A stretch of DNA of 64,000 nucleotides. It comes from Patescibacteria group bacterium (GTDB lineage Bacteria > Patescibacteriota > Minisyncoccia > Minisyncoccales > GWA2-38-27). Location: the NCBI GenBank assembly GCA_020148045.1, contig JAHCRG010000003.1:34087-98086 (forward strand), read 5' to 3'. The position numbers and the translations under genes were made by a program. The first letter of the stretch is position 1; the number at the start of each line of letters is the position of its first letter. Shown one piece after another: positions 56,981 to 64,000 of this stretch. The notes beneath the pieces were generated by a model. The model made no database searches. It saw only the letters and a program-made list of their open reading frames with translations, and was not told the DNA's origin.

Positions 56981-57043
56981 TATAGCAAAAGAGCTTGTCA
57001 AATCCCTTAGAAATTTTGGATTAATAAGGTATAATAAGATAAT

Positions 57044-58333
57044 ATGTTTGAAAGCGACAATGCTTGGATAGTAGCAGTTAATATGGGCTATGGCCATCAG
57101 AGAACTGCTTATCCTTTAAGAAATTTTGTCCCTGATGGAAAAGTCATAAACGCCAATGATTATCAGGGAATTCCAGAAAAGGATAAAAAAGTCTGGGAGT
57201 CAACCAGGGGATTTTATGAATCTATTTCAAGGTTTAAAAGAATTCCTTTAATTGGTAATATAGCTTTCTCAATTTTTGATAAGTTTCAAAAAATTCCTAC
57301 TTTTTACCCTCACCGAGATTTATCCAAACCAACCTTTAGCTTAAAAAAAATCTTCTCTACAATTAAAAAAGGATGGGGGAGAGATTTAATTTTAAAGTTA
57401 AAAAAGAATCCTTTACCATTAATAACCACTTTCTTTACCCCGGCTTTTATGGCTGAGGTTTTTAACTACCCAGAAGATATTTTTTGTGTTGTTTGTGATG
57501 CTGATATTTCTAGGGCTTGGGTTTCCTTGGAACCAGCAAAAAGCAAAATAAAGTATTTTGCCCCTAATTCCTGGGTGGTTAATCGGCTAAAGCTTTACGG
57601 GGTAAAAGAAGAGAATATTTTTTTAACTGGTTTTCCTTTGCCAATAGAAAATATTGGAACAGAAAAACAGGAAATTTTAAAGAAAGATTTGGCTTATCGG
57701 GTTTTAAATTTAGATCCTCAAGGAAGATTTTATCAGAAGTACAAACCATTGGTTGATAAACATATAGGAGCTCTTCCTAAAAATTCAGACCATCCCTTAA
57801 CCGTAATGTTTTCTATTGGAGGAGCCGGAGCTCAAAAAGAAATAGTCATTGAATATGTCAAAAGTTTGGCTGAAAAGATTAGAGAAGAAAGAATTAGGAT
57901 AATCTTATCAGCTGGCATAAGAGAAAATGTTAAAGAATATTTTCTGGAAAATATTAAGAAGCTTGGGTTAGAGAATAAGCTGGATAGGACTATTGAGATA
58001 GTTTTTTCTGAAAAAATAGAAAATTATTTTGAAACTTTCAATCAAAAATTAAGAAAAACAGATATTCTTTGGACGAAACCAAGCGAGTTATCTTTTTACA
58101 CTGGCTTGGGAATTCCAACTATCATTGCTCCCTCTATTGGGTCTCAGGAGGATTTTAATCGGAAATGGCTGCGGGCAATAGGAGCAGGAATTTTACAGGA
58201 AAATCCAAGGTATGCTAATCAGTGGATTTTTGATTATTTAAATAGCGGAAGATTTGCCGAAGCTGCTTTGGATGGATTTATTGAAGTAGAAAAATTAGGA
58301 ACTTATAATATTAAAAAAATATGCTTTGGTTAG
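57044..58333 (+). CDS. GT-B glycosyltransferase, MGDG-synthase/UgtP-like
   Basis: N-terminal NMGYGHQRTAYPL (G-x-GH…A motif of the MGDG synthase family). C-terminal donor-binding half with E-x7-E-like region. Confidence 0.45.
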   Translation: MFESDNAWIVAVNMGYGHQRTAYPLRNFVPDGKVINANDYQGIPEKDKKVWESTRGFYESISRFKRIPLIGNIAFSIFDKFQKIPTFYPHRDLSKPTFSLKKIFSTIKKGWGRDLILKLKKNPLPLITTFFTPAFMAEVFNYPEDIFCVVCDADISRAWVSLEPAKSKIKYFAPNSWVVNRLKLYGVKEENIFLTGFPLPIENIGTEKQEILKKDLAYRVLNLDPQGRFYQKYKPLVDKHIGALPKNSDHPLTVMFSIGGAGAQKEIVIEYVKSLAEKIREERIRIILSAGIRENVKEYFLENIKKLGLENKLDRTIEIVFSEKIENYFETFNQKLRKTDILWTKPSELSFYTGLGIPTIIAPSIGSQEDFNRKWLRAIGAGILQENPRYANQWIFDYLNSGRFAEAALDGFIEVEKLGTYNIKKICFG

Positions 58334-59208
58334 CACTCATAATTTTAGCTTATTTCCTTTTTGCGATTGTTGCCTTGGGGGATAAATATCTTTTAAAAGG
58401 TCCTCCAAATCCAAAGATATATGCTTTTTATGTAGGGGTTCTGGGGATTTTAGCTTTGTTCTTGATTCCTTTTGTTGGTTTTTCAATCCCCGGGGTTCTT
58501 GGGATACTTTTTTGTTTATTAACAGGAGCAATTTATATCTTTGCCCTTTTAGGACTTTATGAGGGTTTGGAAAAGTTTGAAGTCTCCAGAATAATTCCAG
58601 CTGTTGGTGGATTTTTACCGATTTTTACTCTTGCTTTAACTTATTCTTTTTCTGGAGGAAAAGAAATTTTAGGGCCTTGGGAGTTGTTAGCTTTTCTCTT
58701 TCTTCTTTTAGGAAGCGTTTTGATTACCATCGAGCCAGCTAAAAAATTTTGGGGGGTAAAAAGTCTTAAAATCTCGGCACTTACCGCTTTTCTTTTGGCT
58801 TTAACCTTTGTTTTAACAAAATATGTATATTTAATGCTTCCTTTTTGGACCGGTTTTATTTGGATAAGAATTAGCGCTTTTCTGATTGCCTTATTTTTTA
58901 TTCTTTTTAGAGAAGTCAGAAAGGAAATTTTTTCTGCGAAATCCAGTTTTAGTAAAAAAACCAGTGCTTTTTTCCTTTTTAATCAAGGTATGGGAGCCGG
59001 AGCCTTTATTTTACAAAATTGGGCAATTGCTTTGGCAGGATTGGCTTATCTATCTATTATTAATGCCCTTCAAGGCATCCAATATGTTTTCTTATTTATT
59101 CTAACAGCTTTAATTCTAAAAGAAGGGCTTTCAAAGAAAGTTATTTTACAGAAAGTTATTGCTATTTTGCTTATAGGATTAGGGCTTGCTTTTTTAGTAT
59201 TTAAATAA
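58321..59208 (+). CDS. polytopic membrane protein (DMT/EamA-like)
   Basis: About ten TM helices. Confidence 0.3.
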   Translation: MLWLALIILAYFLFAIVALGDKYLLKGPPNPKIYAFYVGVLGILALFLIPFVGFSIPGVLGILFCLLTGAIYIFALLGLYEGLEKFEVSRIIPAVGGFLPIFTLALTYSFSGGKEILGPWELLAFLFLLLGSVLITIEPAKKFWGVKSLKISALTAFLLALTFVLTKYVYLMLPFWTGFIWIRISAFLIALFFILFREVRKEIFSAKSSFSKKTSAFFLFNQGMGAGAFILQNWAIALAGLAYLSIINALQGIQYVFLFILTALILKEGLSKKVILQKVIAILLIGLGLAFLVFK

Positions 59209-59213
59209 ACAAA

Positions 59214-60206
59214 ATGAAAAAAATGTTTATCTATTTTTTAGTTGTAATTTTAGGTTTATTTTTAATCATTATTTGCTGTTTTTTCATTGGCTTTCCAAAA
59301 CAAGCAGAGAATATCATTTGGGGGGTTAATTTTTCCCAAAAACATACTGAGGGATTAGGTTTGGACTGGAGAGAGACCTATTTAGCTATATTGGATGATT
59401 TAGGGGCAAGAGATATTAAAATAGCTGCTCATTGGGATTTCATTGGAGGAGAGGAGGGAAATTATTATTTTGATGATTTGGATTGGCAAATTAGAGAGGC
59501 AGAAAAAAGAGAAGCGAAAATTATTTTGGTAATAGGGATGAAAACTCCTCGTTGGCCAGAGTGTCATATTCCTGAATGGGCGGTTAATTTAAGTAAAGAA
59601 AAACAGCAAGAAAAAATATTAAAGTTGGTTGAAGAAATTGTTTTGCGTTACCGAGAGTCAGAAGCAATTAAATATTGGCAGGTGGAAAACGAACCATTTT
59701 TTTCTTTTGGAGAATGCCCCTGGTATGATAAAAAATTCTTAAAAAAAGAAATTGATTTAGTAAAATCCTTAGATTTACGAAAAAGACCGATAATAATTTC
59801 AGAGAGTGGGGAATTTTCATTATGGACTCGGGCAGCCAGATATGGAGATATGGTTGGAACAACTATCTATAGGAGGGTTTGGTCTAAAGAATTTAAAATT
59901 TATTTTACTCATTTTTTCCCTTCAACTTTTTATCATAGAAAAGCCCAAATTATTAAGAGAATTTTTGGCAAAGAAGTGATTTGCGTTGAACTCCAAACAG
60001 AACCCTGGGGTCCCAAATTACTTTATGATTCGTCTTTAGAAGAACAAGAAAAAAGTATGGACTTAGAGCGATTTCAGAAGAATATTAAATTTGCTAAAAA
60101 GACCGGCCTCAGAGAATTTTATCTTTGGGGAACCGAATGGTGGTATTGGCTGAAAATAAAACAAAATAAGCCCGAAATCTGGGAGGAGGCAAAGAAGTTG
60201 TTTTAA
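59214..60206 (+). CDS. membrane-anchored TIM-barrel glycoside hydrolase-like protein
   Basis: N-terminal TM; WQVENEP catalytic-acid-like motif of clan GH-A. Confidence 0.4.
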   Translation: MKKMFIYFLVVILGLFLIIICCFFIGFPKQAENIIWGVNFSQKHTEGLGLDWRETYLAILDDLGARDIKIAAHWDFIGGEEGNYYFDDLDWQIREAEKREAKIILVIGMKTPRWPECHIPEWAVNLSKEKQQEKILKLVEEIVLRYRESEAIKYWQVENEPFFSFGECPWYDKKFLKKEIDLVKSLDLRKRPIIISESGEFSLWTRAARYGDMVGTTIYRRVWSKEFKIYFTHFFPSTFYHRKAQIIKRIFGKEVICVELQTEPWGPKLLYDSSLEEQEKSMDLERFQKNIKFAKKTGLREFYLWGTEWWYWLKIKQNKPEIWEEAKKLF

Positions 60207-60211
60207 AAATT

Positions 60212-60940
60212 ATGATATCAATCATTGTTCCAGCTTATAATGAAGAAAAATATATTTCTCATTGTCTTGCATCTATCTTTCTTTTAAAAAAGACGGTTGA
60301 TTTTGAAGTTATTATGGTTAACAATGTTAGTACTGACAGAACACCAGAAATAGTAAAAAATAATTTTCCCCAGGTAAAGCTGATAAACGAAAATCGTAAG
60401 GGTTTAAGCATTGCTTATAATCGGGGAGCAAAAGAGGCCAAGGGAGAAATTCTGGTATTTGTTGATGCCGATGTAGTTTTACCCCCGAACCATTTAGAAA
60501 AAATTTTAAAGGAGTTTAATAAAAACCCAAAACTAGTAGCTTTGTCCGGACCCTATCTTTATAAAGATGGTGGATTTTTTCCAAAATTTACTTTTCTTTT
60601 AGCAGTTTTATTTATAGCTATGCCAACAGAATTTATTTTTAATCGTTTTTTAAATCTCGGAGCCAGCATAACTAGTGGCAATTCTGCTATAAAGAAAGAA
60701 TCCTTTAAGAAAGTGGGGGGTTTTAATGAAAAAATTTTTTATGGACTTGATACTGACCTTGCTTTAAGAATTAGAAAAACAGGTAAAGTTCGATACAAAT
60801 TTCATCTTTCAGTTGAAAGTTCGGCTCGCCGTCTAAAAAAAGAAGGAGTATTAAAAATATTGATTAGGTATATTCTTAATGTGGTTTGGGCCTATTTTTT
60901 TAGCAAACCATTTACAAAAGACCACATTGATGTGCGTTGA
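60212..60940 (+). CDS. family 2 glycosyltransferase
   Basis: IIVPAYNEEKYI…VDADV (DxD). Confidence 0.7.
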   Translation: MISIIVPAYNEEKYISHCLASIFLLKKTVDFEVIMVNNVSTDRTPEIVKNNFPQVKLINENRKGLSIAYNRGAKEAKGEILVFVDADVVLPPNHLEKILKEFNKNPKLVALSGPYLYKDGGFFPKFTFLLAVLFIAMPTEFIFNRFLNLGASITSGNSAIKKESFKKVGGFNEKIFYGLDTDLALRIRKTGKVRYKFHLSVESSARRLKKEGVLKILIRYILNVVWAYFFSKPFTKDHIDVR

Positions 60941-61010
60941 TTTTCCTTGGACTATTTAAAAAAAAGGAAAAACAAGCTATAATTGCAACGTAGGCTGCAA
61001 TAATTATAAT

Positions 61011-62321
61011 ATGTCAATATACGATTTGCCAAAATTTAATTTATCTTGGAAAAAGAAAAAACCCCTTCAGTTAATTGCTTTGGTGGTTTTCGTTTCCATT
61101 ATTTTTGGTTTTTTAGCCGGAGCTATTTCTAGCGCTTTTTTCTATTTTCAGATTAAAGATTATTTAGAAAAACTAAATATTTTACCGTCAGCGGTTGAAA
61201 AAGAGCTTGTTGAGAAAGAAACGATTGAAGAATATCTTCCTCAAACTTCTCAAGAAGAGACAATTATTAAAGTAGTGGAAAATGCCTCACCAGCTGTCGT
61301 TAGCATTATTATTTCCAAAGATTTACCAATTTTTGAGGAATATTTTGAACCGGGTCCTTTTGGGTTTCAGGTTCCTCAGTATCGCCAGAAGGGCACTGAA
61401 AAAAAAGAAATTGGAGGAGGGACAGGGTTTATTGTTTCCGAAGACGGGATGATTTTGACCAACAAGCATGTAGTTTTGGATGAAGAGGCGGAATACACGG
61501 TTTTTACTAATGACGGCAGAAAATTTTCAGCAAAAGTTTTAGCTCGAGACCCTATTCAGGATTTGGCAGTAATGAGAATTGAACAAGAAAAAACAGTAGA
61601 TGATGGCGGCGAGTTTGTTTTAGAGTCATTTCCAACAGTAAAATTAGGCAACTCGGATAAATTAGAGAGCGGCCAAACAGTAATTGCTATTGGCAATGCT
61701 CTGGGAGAGTTTCGAAACACTGTTTCAGTTGGAGTGATTTCTGGTTTAGGAAGAACTATTACAGCCTCGGGTGGGGGACTGGTTGAAACTCTGGAAGATG
61801 TTATTCAAACAGATGCTGCGATTAACAAAGGAAATTCTGGCGGCCCTCTTTTGAATCTAAAAAGTGAGGTAGTTGGAATAAATACGGCGATGGCTTTGGA
61901 GGCTCAAAGTATTGGTTTTGCTATTCCGATTAACAAAGCCAAAAAAGATATTGAGCAGGTGAGAAGTTTAGGTAAAATTGTCTATCCTTTTTTGGGAGTT
62001 CGTTATGTTTTGATAAGCGAAAAGATTAAAGAAGAAAATGATTTATCAGTAGATTATGGGGCTTTGATTGTTGATGGAGGGCCAGGAGAGCCGGCTGTTT
62101 GGCCGGATTCAGCTGCCCAGAGAGCTGGTTTAAAAGAAGGGGATATTGTTTTAGAGTTTAATAATGAGAAAATTACTGCTGAGAATACCTTGGCAAAAAT
62201 TATTATGAAATATAATCCCGGAGATGAAATAGTTTTGAAAATTTTAAGACCTCCTTCTTCAACAGACGGGGACTGGGAAGAAATAACCGTTGAAGCCACT
62301 CTAGGCGAGAGAAGCGAGTAA
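61011..62321 (+). CDS. htrA: HtrA/DegP-family serine protease with PDZ domain
   Basis: TNKHVV (His), D, GNSGGPLLN (Ser) triad and C-terminal PDZ. Confidence 0.85.
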   Translation: MSIYDLPKFNLSWKKKKPLQLIALVVFVSIIFGFLAGAISSAFFYFQIKDYLEKLNILPSAVEKELVEKETIEEYLPQTSQEETIIKVVENASPAVVSIIISKDLPIFEEYFEPGPFGFQVPQYRQKGTEKKEIGGGTGFIVSEDGMILTNKHVVLDEEAEYTVFTNDGRKFSAKVLARDPIQDLAVMRIEQEKTVDDGGEFVLESFPTVKLGNSDKLESGQTVIAIGNALGEFRNTVSVGVISGLGRTITASGGGLVETLEDVIQTDAAINKGNSGGPLLNLKSEVVGINTAMALEAQSIGFAIPINKAKKDIEQVRSLGKIVYPFLGVRYVLISEKIKEENDLSVDYGALIVDGGPGEPAVWPDSAAQRAGLKEGDIVLEFNNEKITAENTLAKIIMKYNPGDEIVLKILRPPSSTDGDWEEITVEATLGERSE

Positions 62322-62518
62322 TCCACTTGACAAGTTTTTTTGAATAAGTAAAAATAAAGGATTATGAAACAAACTAGCCCAAGATTTAATTTCTTTTTTG
62401 CCTTTTTTGCAAGAAGGGCTGGTTTGGATTTTGAGTAAAAATAAATAAAATTTTCCAAATTAGCCCTTTTCTCAAAAAGGGCTTTTTATTTTTAACGTTC
62501 TTTAAAAAGGAGTTAAAG

Positions 62519-62698
62519 ATGGATGCAATATTTGATAAAGAAGGAAATTGTTTAAGGTGTAAAGGAACAAACAAGTGTATTAGTTGCAGAGGTAGTGGTA
62601 GGAATAGGTTTGATGAAAAACTTGTTTGTCCAACATGCAAAGGTAGTGGGAAATGCAATCATTCCCAAAACCCAAAGGTAAAGCCCCTGATGAAATAA
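62519..62698 (+). CDS. small DnaJ-type zinc-finger protein (59 aa, 4 x CxxCxGxG-like)
   Basis: RBS AAAAGGAGTTAAAGATGG; CLRCKGTN / CISCRGSG / CPTCKGSG / KCNHS; flanked by terminators at 62459-62490 and 62681-62712. Confidence 0.5.
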   Translation: MDAIFDKEGNCLRCKGTNKCISCRGSGRNRFDEKLVCPTCKGSGKCNHSQNPKVKPLMK

Positions 62699-62828
62699 CC
62701 AGGGGCTTTTTTAATTGACAAATTTTTTATTAAAATGTATAATTAAAATACAAATTTACGAATTAAAACTGCTCTTTTAAAACAAGAAAGGAGGTGAATA
62801 TGGATTGATTCTGATAATATAAGCCATA

Positions 62829-63032
62829 ATGGCAGTGAGACCCAGAAGAATTCTGCGAGCCAAGGGAAGATTGAAACCCAATCATGTGTATGCGAGCCAG
62901 TCAGAAAATGAAACCCAAAGGGACGTTGCGAGCCAAAACTCCATTGAAACCCAAAGTAATTTTGCGAGCCACGACAAGAATGAAACCCAACATATTATTG
63001 CGAAAATTTCGCAGAAGGGAGAATTGAAATGA
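62829..63032 (+). CDS. possible repeat-encoded small protein, translationally coupled (ATGA overlap) to the downstream ORF
   Basis: Basic N-terminus plus 12-aa repeats. The stop TGA overlaps the next ATG. Confidence 0.25.
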   Translation: MAVRPRRILRAKGRLKPNHVYASQSENETQRDVASQNSIETQSNFASHDKNETQHIIAKISQKGELK

Positions 63033-63036
63033 AAGA
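62855..63036 (+). repeat. 36-bp tandem repeat x ~5 (GCGAGCCA-N11-TGAAACCCAA-N8)
   Basis: Unit starts at 62855, 62892, 62928, 62964 and 63000. Conserved 9-bp and 10-bp blocks separated by variable segments. Overlaps a 67-aa ORF (62829..63032) with 12-aa repeats ASQxxxETQxxx. Confidence 0.8.
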
Positions 63037-64000
63037 ATCAAAAAAAGATAGCCGAGTAATTAGTGAAATTGGAAGAACAATTGCAGGAGGATACGCTGAC
63101 CATCAGGATGTGCGTAAAAGTACGATGAATAGGATTCGCAGCTTGGTGCGTCATATCAGCGAGGGTATTCCCTTTGACCAACCAGAAGAAAAGAAAGAAG
63201 AAAGAACCTTTGATAGTAAGTACAGGGATGGTAATCTTTTAAAGCTTATTGAGATGATGTTTGCTCAAGGTAAAATAACCAAAGAGGAAAGTGATTATCT
63301 AAGTAAAGCCCTAGAGCTTGCCAAAAAGGCCTTATCACTGGAACAGAGCCACAAAGGTCCGATGAGAATTTTCATTTTAGCTGAGCCAGTATGGAAAGAA
63401 TTTCTTTCTCATGTCCCTGGTATTGGTGGGGTACTTGCTTCAAATTTAATCGCTAAGTTTGCTAACTGCGAGCGCTACGATAGAGTATCGTCTTTATGGA
63501 GGCATTGTGGTTTGCACCTGATATGTCCTGAGTGCGTTGAGGAGACTGAAGATAAAATTCTACCTGTTCCTGCCAATGTTAACGGCAAGTGCCCAAAATG
63601 TGGCAAGCAAGGGGTAGCTCCTAGAAGAAAGAAAGGCCGGAGGAATGATTATGATGGCCGGTTGAAGACGTTTGCCTGGAATATCGCTGACTGTTTGATA
63701 AAAAAGAAGTCACCTGTATACTACGAGATATACCTCAAAGAGAAAGAACGTCAGCTTAACCGGAGATTTAGTCGGGGCCAGCTTCAAAGAAATTATGGAA
63801 AACCCTATAAGAAAAGTGATACTACCTTGAAATTACTCCATGCTCACAACAGAGCCCGGCGCAAGATGGTCAAGATTTTCCTCCAGCATTACTGGGTGGC
63901 CTCCAGGGAACTGGCAGGGTTGTCAGTAATCGGACCTTATGTAAAAGACAAGCTTGAGCATGAGGACATTGTTACCTGGAGAGATGTCTTGAAGGCCAAT
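63029..64000 (+). CDS. GC-rich ORF (3' end lies outside the window) with an HhH domain resembling the IS110-family transposase C-terminal (Transposase_20) domain plus a CPEC…CPKC zinc ribbon, but no DEDD N-domain
   Basis: LSHVPGIGGVLASNLIAKFANCERYDRVSSLWRHCGLH compares with IS110 LLSVPGIGPLTASALVAEIGDISRF…LAAYAGLTP. Downstream G…RRKKGRR…YDGRLKTFAWNIA…VYYEIYL. The N-terminal 130 aa are unrelated to the DEDD domain. Runs off the window end. Confidence 0.4.
   Translation, partial: MKESKKDSRVISEIGRTIAGGYADHQDVRKSTMNRIRSLVRHISEGIPFDQPEEKKEERTFDSKYRDGNLLKLIEMMFAQGKITKEESDYLSKALELAKKALSLEQSHKGPMRIFILAEPVWKEFLSHVPGIGGVLASNLIAKFANCERYDRVSSLWRHCGLHLICPECVEETEDKILPVPANVNGKCPKCGKQGVAPRRKKGRRNDYDGRLKTFAWNIADCLIKKKSPVYYEIYLKEKERQLNRRFSRGQLQRNYGKPYKKSDTTLKLLHAHNRARRKMVKIFLQHYWVASRELAGLSVIGPYVKDKLEHEDIVTWRDVLKAN

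Noticed and set aside
62855-63036. 36-bp tandem array as a CRISPR array
   Set aside because: The units are contiguous, with variable sub-segments inside each unit, rather than identical repeats separated by unique spacers. No cas genes are present.

Overview
The window is AT-rich, compact and reads mostly on the + strand. It looks like a reduced-genome bacterium, most likely a CPR/Patescibacteria-like organism, though I cannot confirm that from sequence alone. Support for that: tiny proteins, no de novo biosynthetic operons, many aminoacyl-tRNA synthetases, a pilin-like/LamG protein, ComEC and DprA. Core content: the C-terminus of groL, greA, polX, argS, ileS, glyQS, metG, leuS, hisS, glyA-folD, the rplT-rpmI-infC cluster, smpB with an adjacent tmRNA, tRNA-Leu(CAA), topA, dprA, pth, lepB, rpsU, ybeY, ftsA-ftsZ, nrdDG (anaerobic ribonucleotide reductase), a comEC-like gene and htrA. 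The more interesting parts are these. (1) A GC-rich island at 29.1-31.8 kb: a secreted GLUG-repeat protein and a second unknown protein, each preceded by a ~168-bp direct repeat carrying a terminator, a strong promoter and a 5' UTR. (2) At the 3' edge, a 36-bp tandem repeat array translationally coupled to a GC-rich ORF whose HhH domain resembles the IS110-family transposase C-terminal domain but which lacks the DEDD catalytic domain. (3) In-frame heptanucleotide and dodecanucleotide microsatellites inside several essential genes. (4) A PurF homolog whose Cys1 nucleophile is replaced, sitting next to Nudix and MGMT genes. (5) A conserved promoter/hairpin leader motif shared by nrdD and the ORF upstream of recO. 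(6) Recurring palindromic elements (GAGAACnGTTCTC, TAACGGGGTA, AAGGAGCTTAGCTCCT). (7) A long terminator-containing leader before glyQS, plus other candidate small RNAs. Every functional call is from motif reading by eye; no database searches were possible.
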